From Nitrospirales bacterium (GTDB lineage Bacteria > Nitrospirota > Nitrospiria > Nitrospirales > UBA8639): a stretch of 64,000 nt of DNA. Location of the stretch: the NCBI GenBank assembly GCA_965203295.1, contig CBDBCZ010000018.1, forward strand, positions 1,504,001 to 1,568,000. Direction: 5' to 3'. Below the pieces are notes generated by a model. It saw nothing but the letters and a program-made list of their open reading frames with translations. It had not been told where the DNA came from and did no database searches. The translations under genes were made by a program, and so were the position numbers. Within the stretch, counting starts at the first letter, position 1. The number at the start of each line of letters is the position of its first letter. Of the stretch, positions 14,330 through 28,204 are shown piece after piece.

Positions 14330-16943
14330 ACTATCCACTACTCCCTCATTTTGGCCAACACAGAGGAGACTCCATCGGCTCCAACAGCCCAGATCCACCA
14401 CCCCCAGCCAATAAGCTACACAAGTGGAGGGGAACCATAACTGATGGGACGAGCATCGCTCATCACAATGGCTAAGGCTGACCACCACAAGGCCAACCAA
14501 CATACCCACTTTCTTACCCACTGCTGACAAAACATCATTTATCCCCAAACCCAAACATACCTCCCAAAGTGATTTCGTTAGGGATATCAATAAATTAGCA
14601 TCTACTGTGTAACTACAATACGAGAAGTTTGGCCAAACTAAAACACCTAGGTCTAAGTTCCGTAGACCAGGGAGCTACGCAGCCCCACCAACCAGGAAAC
14701 TGAAAATAGACGATTTTGTTGTTAAAAGTCAGATTCCAACTAAGGGCTATTGAATACACTCAGAGTAGTAGAAACACGACCTCAACAGTATTGGTACACT
14801 TTTAGATGTGGTACTACAGAATATATAACATAATGGATTTCATGATCACTTTTACTTCCGTCACTTTTATGGGTATTTCAGTGCCTTGTAAATGGCCCCA
14901 ACACATGCAAACATCTTCATGGGTAACTTAGAAACTAGACTCTTAGAGAAAGGAGGGGGAAAGATCCTCCTATGGAAGAGATTTCTTGATGTATTCATCA
15001 TCTGGACTGGCTCCCAGGAGGAATTTGTTGACACAACAGCAACTATCAATTTCAACCTACTAACAAGCAATTATGTGTACGCCACGTCATTTCACCCCCC
15101 TAAAGCTGGTAAATCCATTAAAATAGAGGAGACTACTAGGGATATCTACAAACTAATTCTAATGAATCTAACTTTACAACAAGGATCGACCAATTTCCTA
15201 GTAAACTAGGATAATCTCTCCATAGCCCAAACACATACACCAGCAATAAAGTTTACCGACAGATCAGATAAGCATAAACCGAAAACAATCTCTGAAATGA
15301 GTCGCTCACTAGTCTTCACAACCATCTACTGTGATAGGATACCCAACATAAAGGGGGTCCTAGATAGCAATTGGAGTGAGTTATATCCTAATTCAAAGAA
15401 ATCTTTCCCAAACCTCCAGTGATCGCTTTCAAAAGAACCGATCACTCAGAAACAAACTAGTAAGAGCGAAATCCTAGTGTTTGTTTTAGTTAGCTCAAAC
15501 TAAAAACAAAGTGTTTTAGTAGAAGCTAAAACAGTTTTAGTTAACTAAACATCAAGGGCACTGGCCCCTGGGATTAAACTACCTAATATTTTTTCACCAA
15601 AATGTTTTAGTAACCCTTTTTTCTTTTTAGTTGAGTAACTGAAACCAAAACTAAATTTTGTTCTTCACTAGCTTTTGTAATGTAATTAGGTGAAGCCATA
15701 CTAAAACAACACTACTAAATCTGTGACCATAATATGTGCGCTATTAGCAGTAGAACCCTCCAACGGCCTCCAACATAACCCACATATAAAAAGTACGATG
15801 GTCAGTCAAACACACTACACCCGCAAAAAGCCTCCCAGAGACAAACATATCAAACATGGTCTAACACATCTTGCAGATCGTATAAATCTACAAACCACGT
15901 GGTATAGACATTATACCTGAATTAAAAACAAGGATCTCAGCCCGATTGGAATATCTTTATACCACTGGCATGCTAGACAAAAACATTGCCTTCACCCAAC
16001 CAAACCAAGAACCGAGAACCAAGAACATCTAGAATCAACTTTCTGAAAAAAATTCACAAAAATCCCATGGGTATTGGACCCATTGTGTCTAGCGTCGGCA
16101 GCGTCACAGAAAGCTTATCACAGTTTGTTGACAAACGGCTACAACCTCTAATAAAGGGACTCCCTTCAAATGCAAGGATACAATGGATTTCATGACGTTT
16201 CTATTATTTAGATTGGAACAGAAGATGAATTCATCCAATTCATGGCTAGGATTGACACTGTCTACCATACAATTAAGTTCCCTTATGAAAATGAAATCAT
16301 ATTTATCGACACCACCATTTATATATAAAGGCAAAAGATTTGCCGAAATGGGAATCTTTGATATCAAACACCTATCAAGAAAGCCAATAAACAACTCTAT
16401 GTTCATGCTTCCTCTTATCACGCTCCTGCACCAAGCAAAGCAATACATAAGGCAAATTACAACCCCCCTACACATCCGAATTAACCAGCATCTCCAAATT
16501 TAGTGATAATGTCTTCGAGATCAGAGAGATTCTATGAAGAAACTGGCAGGCACTCCATTAAGGATGCCATACTAAGAACCATCTTCCCCGAGGAGCTGCT
16601 TATAAAAATAATCCCTCAATAAGGAACAAACTAGTCAGTCACAGACTGAACAAACAGAAGAATCGACCAAATCCACCGACACCGTCACACAAACCCAAAA
16701 AATTGAACTTACTTCGAATCCAGGGAATTCAAACACAGAATTCTATATGGGAAAGGAACCGCCAATCTTCTGCCAGCAAAGGCAATTACCATTAAAAAGT
16801 TTCCAGCAAAGGAAAATGTTAAATGCTGCTTTGATAAGCAACGCTTAACCTGCCACAGACTAGTACATACCAGTGACTTTGTAAAAAGCAACGTTAATAA
16901 ACGGTACTTTCCTATCAGAACATGGAAAAACCCCATCACATGC
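14330..16943 (+). mobile_element. Penelope-like element fragments (RT and GIY-YIG remnants)
   Basis: MAPTHANIFMG..LLWKRFLDVFIIW at 14892; KIHKNPMGIGPIVSS..LSQFVDKRLQP at ~16050; KQYIRQITTPLHIRINQH at ~16440. C/A-rich strand. Confidence 0.75.
15475..15714. mobile_element. hAT-like MITE inserted in the Penelope-like remnant
   Basis: TIR TAGTGTTTGTTTTAGT / ACTAAAACAACACTA. Flanks CGAAATCC and CTAAATCT match at 6/8, a possible decayed 8-bp TSD. Internal ACTAAAA repeats. Confidence 0.6.
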
Positions 16944-16944
16944 A

Positions 16945-17450
16945 ACAAGACTGACATTTCATGTCTGAAAAACCAGCGGGGCACTTTTGCCGCACAAAAA
17001 GTTACACACAACTCAGCTTAGGCCAAGCTAACTGCAGCTGCAGAACTACGAATTACAGTAACTATACTACAGTATAGTCATGTTCCCAGACCTACAAATT
17101 ATAGGCATCCTGTAGACAACGCAGTACAGCGAAAGTGCTGACTCAGCAGTTTTGTCGTGCGCTTCTAGTTAGTAGCTATACGCCACTAAAACAGGATTTT
17201 TACGGCTCCTACCAAGTTTTCGCCATCTAGGCAACACATAACTACCTTCATTTGCTGTAGCTTGGCCTGCAAACCTCCAAAAGCTGCTATATACTGCAGT
17301 TGCATAGTAACGTATGACGTAACATATTGCGCACGTGATAAGTGTGGACGCACGAACAGACAAACAGACAAACAAGCAAACAAACATGGAAAACGTAAAG
17401 CAATCTTAGGACCAGCCGTTCGCGCGCTGCGCGCGCTCTGGCTGGTAAAA
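16945..17450 (-). mobile_element. Helentron/DINE-1-like element, copy 3
   Basis: Reverse-complement homologue of 113-561 with both termini. Confidence 0.75.
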
Positions 17451-17692
17451 ATGATGCAAGAGCAACAGAGTTGTCTACTTATTGCAATGCAGAAAGTTCA
17501 GTAAACAATAAGTCGGACAAACTACCCAACCACTACATATTCCACAATATACAACAGTATTTGAGCGTGAACGCACATGTTTCCACAAGCAGGCTGGGTT
17601 TGGAAATTGCTACCACTGACCTACCACACTCTGAGCTCAAAAAATGCTGCATCTACTTTGATTACTAAACCTCACTCTCTCTATCTCACCAG

Positions 17693-17765
17693 TAGTCACG
17701 GTGGGATTCAAACCACCAACCCTTGGGTTGTGAGTCCAGTGCTCTAACTACTACACCACCGCGAC
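17693..17765 (-). pseudogene. tRNA-like sequence (tRNA pseudogene or SINE head), copy 1
   Basis: Acceptor stem GTCGCGG/CCGTGAC, A-box-like TGGTGTAGTAGTTAG and B-box-like GGTTTGAATCC. The anticodon arm around CAC is mispaired. Confidence 0.6.
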
Positions 17766-17798
<33 letters not shown>

Positions 17799-17809
17799 AC
17801 TGCGTACAG

Positions 17810-17879
17810 TTTATGCGGCTGACAAAGCCGTCTCTAATGACGTCGGTTCCAGTGCTGGGAGAGCCATGGAGCATACTGG
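17810..17879 (+). pseudogene. TRAPPC13: Inverted extra copy of a TRAPPC13 exon (1-nt insertion)
   Basis: cag|TTTATGCGGCTGACAAAGCC...CTGG|gtgagt; a copy of 22277-22345. Confidence 0.8.
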
Positions 17880-18318
17880 GTGAGTACAGTCAGTATACAC
17901 GTGGGCATAACAAAATCATTAGGCTTGCCTTGAGCCCCCAAAACCTCTGATCAGCTTTGTCCCCACTGTTTGGTGAAACTAGAACACCGCATACACACAT
18001 ACACATGCGACACACATCACCCATACACACACAAACACACACACACACACACATGCGACACACACACAAAAATGCAAATTCTGTTGCTGACGCTAAGCGG
18101 TCACTCGCACCTGGCAAAGCCAGGCTGCATACTTGCCTTGTGCCCGAAGCAAACACTCTGAGCCAGTGCTGGCAAACTCCTGGAGCTGATACATGAGAGC
18201 AGTCAGTTGAATTTGCACCCCAGCGAATGCTAGGTACCCATTACAGCTGGGTGAGCTGGTGTGTACTGGAAACATAAGAAGGTAATTCACAACAATTGAA
18301 CGAATATTTAGTCACCAG

Positions 18319-18579
<261 letters not shown>

Positions 18580-18589
18580 CTGCATACAG

Positions 18590-18658
18590 TTATGCGGCTG
18601 ACAAAGTCGTCTCTAATGACGTCGTTTCCAGTGCTGGGAGAGCCATGGAGCATGCTGG
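18590..18658 (+). pseudogene. TRAPPC13: Inverted extra copy of a TRAPPC13 exon
   Basis: cag|TTATGCGGCTGACAAAG...CTGG|gtgagt. Confidence 0.8.
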
Positions 18659-19449
18659 GTGAGTACAGTCAGTATATTTGATACTCATTGTATAATGAAC
18701 CCATTCCAGTATTTCTGACGCAATGAATTTTGAGATGTCAGGGGCTGAAAACAGGCCAATTAAATTCAATCCATTAAATTTTAGCAGGCTAAGTGACTTA
18801 ATTGCTGACAAAGTAAAGAGGCTGTGGTCTTGATAGTTAACTGCTCTAGTAATTTCTACTATGACTGACACTAACTGTATGGTAAAGTACAATCGTGATA
18901 TGCAGCCATTTATGATTACTTATTATATGTGGTTATACTGAAAGTCTACAGCTAGTTTGATTACGTATTACTACAGCTTCTGACTAAACTCAGTTCCTCC
19001 TGTTTCTGCATAGTCTCAGTGTGCTTCTTGTAGTGCATGTAAACATTTTGCTGTTCTACCATAGATAGCTGCCTGATAACATTTTTATTACTACCACTGT
19101 CCCCACAGATATAAATCACTCTATAGACACATAGGTACATGTACACATCACTAATTAACCACAAAGATTACATCACAGACCCACAAGGTCAGCATGACAT
19201 AAGTTGAAATACATTAAAGAGCACATGTCATGTCCACTACACATGGAAAAATCACTGTGGTTATATAAGTACTTTGATTCTGCAAGAAACAATGCGAATG
19301 TAGCTAGGTCTGCATAGTATACATACGTGAATTTAGTCACAGGAAATTACAAAAGTGATCGAGTGTCAGTGTAATAAATTGCCCTACTTGGTACCGTTTG
19401 ATAAACATCTGTGTGATTTCTGTTGGTTGATCGACATGAAGACAGCACG

Positions 19450-20150
19450 TACATACCAAAACCTTCTAACAACACTGTGTAAGTGATTAAGTTTTTTTCC
19501 TTTCACAATCACAATCTGTACATGTCTATCCAATGAACCATTATTAACAAATTCAATCCCCAAGAAACTGTAACTTGCAACCCTTGGAATGTCTTTATCT
19601 CCCCACTTCCGTGTAAATGTACCTGTATCAACCTCTTTGGAAAATACCATAACAGCACTCTCCTTTACAAAATTCCTGTACTATATTAATCAACGTTTGT
19701 AAGTCCTCAGTATTTGTAATTAAACCTACAAAATTATCAGCAAACATTAGACCCCCAACATATAACATCAGTCTTAATAGTTTTGCCAATCCCAGCCTTT
19801 GTGATCTCATCTAACAACTGATTGGAAAATACATGCAGGATAGGAGACATATTACAACCCGTACCACCCGACCTATATTGGATGATTTGGATTTTAATCC
19901 CTCCAGTAAAACAGCACTCTGTGCGATGTCATACATAGTCTTAATAATTATCTCTCCACATCCTACCTCTATCACCAAGTTCCCATAAGTTATTATGCCA
20001 AACTGTGACAAATGCTTTCTGAACAACTAACAAGAAAGTGTAAGTGTGTTTTCCCTTCACTAATTGTGCCTTCTATTAATTCATTTCCAGAAAAAATGAT
20101 ATCAAAACAACTCCTTTTGAAACTCTCTAAATTCTCTGAACCTATAGAGC
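19450..20150 (-). mobile_element. LINE RT fragment, same family as 10780-14327
   Basis: GGLMFADNFVGL, MYDIAQSAVLLEG and KWGDKDIP; homologous to ~12950-13660. Confidence 0.8.
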
Positions 20151-20263
20151 GTTTTCCCAGTACTGGACAGGTGAACCTAGAACCTTTTCCCAGTACTGGA
20201 CTGGGGAGCCTAGAACCTTTTCCCAGTACTGGACTGGGGAACCTAGAACCTTTTTCCAGTATT
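20150..20263. repeat. 33-bp tandem repeat (TTTTCCCAGTACTGGACTGGGGAACCTAGAACC), ~3.5 copies
   Basis: Directly visible in the sequence. Confidence 0.85.
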
Positions 20264-20264
20264 G

Positions 20265-20932
20265 GCCCAGATCCACCACCCCCAGCCAATAAGCTACACA
20301 AGTGGAGGGGAACCATAACTGATGGGACGAGCATCGCTCATCACAATGGCTAAGGCTGACCACCACAAGGCCAACCAACATACCCACTTTCTTACCCACT
20401 GCTGACAAAACATCATTTATCCCTAAACCCAAACATACCTCCCAAAGTGATTTCGTTAGGGATATCAATAAATTAGCATCTACTGTGTGACTACAATACA
20501 AGAAGTTTGGCCAACTAACTAGGTGGTACTACAGAATATATAACATAATGGATTTCATGATCACTTTTACTTCCGTCACTTTTATGGGTATTTCAGTGCC
20601 TTGTAAATGGCCCCAACACATGCAAACATCTTCATGGGTAACTTAGAAACTAGACTCTTAGAGAAAGGAGGGGGAAAGATCCTCCTATGGAAGAGATTTC
20701 TTGATGTATTCATCATCTGGACTGGCTCCCAGGAGGAATTCATTGACACAACAGCAACTATCAATTTCAACCTACTAACAAGCAATTATGTGCACACCAC
20801 GTCATTTCACCCCCCTAAAGCTGGTAAATCCATTAAAATAGAGGAGACTACTAGGGATATCTACAAACTAATTCTAATGAATCTAAGTTTACAGCAATGA
20901 TCGACCAATTTCCTAGTAAACTAGGATAATCT
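20265..20932 (+). mobile_element. Duplicate of Penelope-like segments 14387-14640 and 14810-15216
   Basis: Near-identical sequence. The ORF at 20607 matches the ORF at 14892. Confidence 0.85.
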
Positions 20933-21846
20933 GATGTACAAGAGAAACAGGAAAGGGCCTAAAGCATCTTTGAGCATGGTTACAACTACAACATGAACAA
21001 TGGCTAATCATTGATATATCTCTAACAGACGTACATGTATGTACATGTGGATCGACAAATGTGACCTGCTGTGTAACAACCAGTACTTTCGAATAAGTCA
21101 ATTTTATGATACGTAACTATGCACAAACTAACTGAAATGTGAGTAGTTTTATGTGTGGCATTGCTGCCATGACAATACATACCAATTTTAGTACATGCAT
21201 GTATTGCTACACTATTGACCCAGACATGAATTTCATGCCATAGACTTTGCAGTATTCGCAATCACGACAATGTTATGAAAATTGCAGTGCTACATGTACC
21301 AAAAGCAACTTGTACTGTACCAATCCATTCTCACTACTGTTGATGACAATTGTCCAAGTGCTGGATTTTCACACAGCAGGTCACATAGAACTTCTCCACA
21401 GTAATATGTGTACGTTACACAGGAGGAAAAGAAAATTATATATCCTTACATATCTCTCTTCAGAGTGTAGTTTAATCTTACTCGAAATTGTGTGGTAGTG
21501 CTAGCAGTTCCCCAGATGCAAAGGCTGGTAAACCACGAGGGGTCCTTATGTCCGCTTCCATTTCATCTTGCACTGCTGTACCTACATGTAAGTACATGCA
21601 CAGGCACAGCAATGTTAAAAAACAGATGTACTCAGATATACGTACATGTGGAAAACAAGCAAGAAACTTATCTTCAGAACTACATAACTGGCCGAGTAAG
21701 AGAGGCTAGTACTGAAAATGTCATAGTTTGTAATTAGGGTGGATTTATCAAGCTCCTTCTTGAGCTTACATGTACATGTACTACAGTATTGCTGATCAAC
21801 GTGCGATGAACGCTGTTAGATTAATTGTTAAGAAAATGAATTATGT

Positions 21847-22966
<1,120 letters not shown>

Positions 22967-24824
22967 TGTGCGTGTATGTTATGATAGATAAAGACAGTCA
23001 CATGTGTTTGCAGGGGGTGTTTTGGAGTGCACCATGCGTGTGTAGTGGATGCAGTTTAATGCTTCTTTGTGCACACAGGTCTTTGTCTATACATATATGT
23101 ATAAGTGTAAGTGTGTTTTCCTTCCCTAATTGTGCGTTGTATGATTTCATTTCGAGATAAAATGATATCAAACCAACTCCTTTTGAAACTCTCTAAATCC
23201 TACCTGACCCTCATGAAGAAGCCTTTTGGATTCTAATCTGATTACTAAGCGGTTATTTAGAATGCTGAATGTAGAGCCGTATCACCCTCTCTGTAGTCGG
23301 ACAGTGAATTTCGTCTTTATTTGGTGTAGAGACCCAAAAACACTCTCTAACACTAAGGATTGGGATATTGTTGTTAAGTACAGGTGCTTAGCATCACAAC
23401 AGTGCAAGCCCGATGTTTATACATTGCATGGTTCTCGAGATAGAGAGAGATAGAGCCATTTATTTTAAAACTTATGATGCTGAATTAAGGCTTTTAGTGG
23501 ATGAAATCAGATAAAACAGTTCTATCTCAGGAAGGACACAACGTATAAACAACAGACTTGAACTTTTGTGTTGCTAAGTGTCTGTACATTCCCATCCTAA
23601 CATTAGAGAGTGTTGTGGGGTCTCTACACCGAAAAAGAAACAAATTCACTGTCCGATAGTGGAGAGAGTGACATGTACGTCTCTACATTCAGCAGCACCC
23701 CTCAGTGCTCAAAGCAGCTACGATGGCGAAAGGTTGGCGTGCAGCAGCATAGTAGTGGGGCTTCCCAATATATAAAGAAAGGTCACTGGAAGTTACTTCA
23801 GGGAGGAAACATGGAACGAAGTCCAGTAATACATACATTTGTCTGATCATAGCTTTGTCAGAATTCAAACTTTAAACAACGAAGGAACACCAAAATTTCA
23901 ACTTGAAGTGCGAAGGTTCTGTACTGTCAAGTGAATGCTCAGCCCACTTCCGATAGTTTACATGCTCAGCGCTAGCGTGTCTGATCATCAGTAACTTACT
24001 CTATGTGTACATGAACTTCAGAGATGTGTACACATACATATTTCTCGAAGGATTGTATACATTGCACTCAATTGCATGTGTCTACATGAGCTTCATGAAG
24101 GCTCATGAATGCTTATAGCTTTATGAGTGGATTGTATATAAAGTTCAGAATGCCAACTTCACACGAAGCTTCACAACAGGTCTCATTGACAATTACCTCA
24201 TGGGGATATTGTTTTTGCAATGCACTGAGTGGCTGTCTTGTGTGGTTAGTCGCTGCTAGTTCAAGGAAGTTTCAATTTCTGGAAGCTCTTTTTCGGAAGT
24301 ATTTTCAACTTCTCAATAATATTCAGACTTACAATACGAAGGATTGAGATCCCTGTATCACAACTATTCGCAAGGTTTCCTACATAAATGTACATGTATT
24401 TCTGTACATTTCTTTCTACATCTAGTATCGTGTGCCTAGACCACTGTATAGCAGAACTAATTCATACTGTCCTCTCTTTGTTGTTTCAAATTGTAGTGCT
24501 TTTTACCAGCTGGGTGCATTCAAAGCGTATGATGCCTTCAAGTTTTCTGCATTTTTTTGTCTGTCTGTCTGTTTGGTGTCTGCATGTATTTCCGCACTTA
24601 ACACACATTCTATGCAACTGTGCATGTACGTAGTCTACCAGTAGTTTTGAAAGGTTTGTAGACCAAACTACAGCAAGTTTAGTCCTAGACAGCCATGCTA
24701 ATCCTGTTTTAGTAGGTTACAGCTGTTAACTGCAAGTGTACAACAAATCTCTGCATTAGCCTGTTATATGTACATGTACATTTAGTCTGCAGTTGCATTA
24801 GTTTGCCCTGTCCTGTTTGTAAAG

Positions 24825-24960
24825 CTGTTTGATCCTTGGGTGTTTCACTCAACTCCTCAGCTGAAATAACACTCAAAATCAGCTGAGAAGGTAGCTTCTC
24901 AGCTGATTTTGAGTGTTATTTCAGCTGAGGAGTTGAGTGAAACACCCAAGGATCAAACAG
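24825..24960. repeat. Perfect hairpin: 66-bp arms, 4-nt loop (GTAG)
   Basis: 24825-24890 is the exact reverse complement of 24895-24960. Confidence 0.95.
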
Positions 24961-25645
24961 ACAGACAGACAAAAAAGACAGACAGACAAAAAAATGGGTA
25001 GGTATATAGCAGATCTGGCAGACTTGCTACCTACCCTTGAGATGCTAAAGTCGAGTTCAAGTGCAGTGAGTTCTCTGTATAGTTCTGTGTGGCTAAGAAT
25101 TACTCATTTCTACTACTTTTAAATGGAAACACTAGTCTCTTTTGTAGCCATCTGGTTACCACTGAACATGACTTGTGCCAATTATGAGCATGGTTTCATA
25201 CATGGGGGGGTGAGGGGGGGGGGGGGGTGAGGGGGGGGGGGAGGGCTGACTTCCCTTCATAGCCCTTAGGAGTTTGAAAAATTATGCTGCATTAAAACAA
25301 GGTACAATGGCACCTGATCAATTGTACTCGCAACACCTACATAAATACTTCTAGTTTTATAGCTGTGCTGACACATGTTACTGAGCTATGGTTTGGACAC
25401 AAACTTGTGGTAGTCGGCTAAGCTACCAAAACCCACCAGATTTAATCTTTGGCCAGTTGTTTTGTAATAATTTGCTGTGGGGCATACCCCATAATTCCCC
25501 TATAGAAGGATGGGAACTATTCCAAAAAGGATTCCCCATGGCGCGATGATGCTGTTACTATACCACACATGACTATGTAATCTTTATACGTAAAGTACAA
25601 TAACGTCATGATTTTAAGAGTATGGTGTTCTTTGTTTCTCTCTAG

Positions 25646-27271
25646 TGTGGACCTGGAATCCTTGGGTCCCTTGTTTGGTCAGATAGTGGTTACACTCTCT
25701 CCTTTTGCTGATCACCACTCAGCAACTGTATCAAAAATCTTTGATTTTCTTATAATTCAGAACAAGTGAGTACTTGATATTCGAGGAACTTCACCAAAAA
25801 TACCACTAGATAAAATGCCATGTATGTGTTTCAGTATTTGCTGTTTTAATTTTTTCAGAGAGGTTCTTGGGTCTTTCTTTGATGAGATCTACTTCATGCC
25901 AGATGTGCTGTCTCTTGCTTGCATCAACACTCAGCTTAGGAAACACTCGTATACATCAAAAAGGTATCTTGTTCCGGGACAGAAGTGTTCATGTGAATGG
26001 GATGTCATAGGTAGAAGCAGGAAATGAGGTCACGGATTGTTATTCACACTAGTGTGTTCAATTGAGAATTTCTCAGTGCATACATACGTGTGTACATATG
26101 TGTGTGTACATATGTTTATGCATGCGTGCGGCCCACATGCTACATATTGTTTGGATCCATGATTCAATACAAAATTTCAGTTCACATATGACATATATAT
26201 CCATAATCCAATTCAACTTTTGAAACTTTTACGAGTCTACGCAATGCTTTGCATTCACTTGGTTTGTACAGCTGTTAATTATACATCAATTCTAATTGGA
26301 GGTTTGTACGTGGAAGCTAGAAGGAACAGTGTAATGGAGCTTAGTAAGCTGCTGTTGATATATACCACTACTACTATTTGCACTAGAACCCATAATATTG
26401 TAAGAGCATGCGCTGAATGAGTTGGCTGGACTTACGTCGTGCATTAACCTATATAGTTGCTACTATCCTTTTCCAGCCTTCACCAGCAACTACAACATGT
26501 CCTAAGAGGGGCATGCCATGGGCGTTCTGACGTGAGAATGGATGCATTGAAAGCACCACACAGACTGTTGAGATCCAATCGAGTTAGTGCAGTATTTAGT
26601 TATTTGTATTATTATCAATATATGAACTGTACATACAGTGCATGTTCATGTAAGCTTTAAAACAATTTTTGCTCTGTTCATACAGGCAGAGTTGGAGAAG
26701 TGCATGGTAGGAAGTGACACCGTTGATCCAATCATTACAGAGATTGTAACAAGAGTAAGTTGATTTCGCTTCATGAAGAAGTGAAATTATGTCTATCTGA
26801 CATAGTCCATACTCAACGTTTTGTTTTTAAAATTGCTGCTTTGTCCTCAGTTTCTAAAGGTCTGCGAGCCACTAGTATTGAGCTTCGAGAAGAGTTTGGG
26901 AGGTGTCTAGGAGAACTTGGAGCTGTTGGTCCCGGAAAGTATGTGCTGGTATACCACACTTTTGTCATACAATTCTGTATGCTAAGTCAGAGTTGGCAAC
27001 TACTAACTTAACTTGCAACTGTCCGAGGAGTAGCATTTGTATCCAATACTGTCCTATTCTTGAACTAACCGGAGACGTAATTTCTCTGACCATATTTAGA
27101 TTAGTATTATATCACATTTATGTGGGTGGGTATGTTTTCGGATTATGTACTTGCGAGCATCCTGTTAACTACCTGCCCCTTACTTGCTTTTGCTTGTGTG
27201 CTTGCTGTACTTCCCCAGGCTGGATATTCATTCCCATGGTGTCAACTTCCAAGACTGTGAAGTACTTTGAG
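25646..27271 (+). pseudogene. ATR: Serine/threonine kinase ATR, internal HEAT-region exons, frameshifted partial copy
   Basis: GT-AG exons: 25646-25765 (VDLESLGPLFGQIVVTL..KIFDFLIIQNK), 25859-25963 (FFDEIYFMPD..), 26477-26582 (..SDVRMDALK..), 26686-26754 (..GSDTVDPIITEIVT), 26851-26938 (..RCLGELGAVGPGK; one base short) and 27219-27271 (ATTC duplication). Matches recalled ATR motifs HEIYFLPD, DVRIHAL, ETVEPII and CLGELGAIDPG. Confidence 0.85.
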
Positions 27272-27329
27272 GTATACATCTTGCTTACTAGTGATTTCAA
27301 TTAGCCTCGTACTCAGCTATTAAATTTAG

Positions 27330-28198
27330 GCAGAAGGGCTTGATGCGAGGTTTAGCTGAGTACAGTGGTGCTGTGGAGGTCTGGGTTAGTTTGTAGTGTG
27401 GGGTGTTGTGTTTTGTGAAGTATGTAATCGTTGTGGATGAGGATGTGAGGGTGGTTGTGGGATGGTGAGTGGTGGTGATGATTGTGGATGGTGGTGTGTG
27501 TTGAAGGGTGCTGTGTAAGGGGGTGTGGTACGGTTTGTGGTGGGTGTGGTTGGAAAGATGTAGGGATGGTAGGTACGCGGTAAATGCATCGCACTGTGAT
27601 ATGTGCGAAGTCTGTGCATGCCTTCTGGTGTTTGTTTTGTTGTTTTTTGGGGAAGTGTAAAGGTATGTCACGTGTACTCACATTGATGAGTGAACTAATG
27701 TCCTTGCAGTTACTGTGATCTGAGGACTGTTCAACAGCATGTGTACACTGTGCTATAAATATATGTACCAAGCAAGTCAACGTCGAAGCTTTGGAGTTAT
27801 TTGTTCATGTATTGATTATTATCACGTGCATATCAGTCTATTGGTATCACTGCACATCTATGATTATACCAGGCTGAGATCGTTTCTTTAATGTGGGATC
27901 CAGATGCAATGATGCTACTGCAACAATTATACTGTAACGGTCATTGTAGCTACTTGTCACTCAGACTCTCCCTACATTGCCCTACATTTGCTAGCAGTTT
28001 GCCAAAAAGTGCAAAAATTAGTCATGTAGGGATGCACTTCCACCAAAAAACGCTTCCCCAAAAACCAATGAAACAAGCAGCAATGCACACACATACACCC
28101 GCACATCACAGCGCAATGCCTAGCTACCATCCCTACCTGTTTTTCTGTAACTTGTTTTGGGGCATTTTTTGGGAAGTGGCAACAAATGTGTGTGACCA
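27330..28198. mobile_element. Two fragments of the ATGTAGGGATG inverted-repeat family (27330-27660; 27998-28198)
   Basis: Homologous to the arms and core of 8940-9360. Confidence 0.7.
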
Positions 28199-28204
28199 GC
28201 AAGT

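Noticed and set aside
23600..25070. Additional ATR exons upstream of 25646
   Set aside because: Only a weak resemblance (LMGIL) and no consistent frame or phases.
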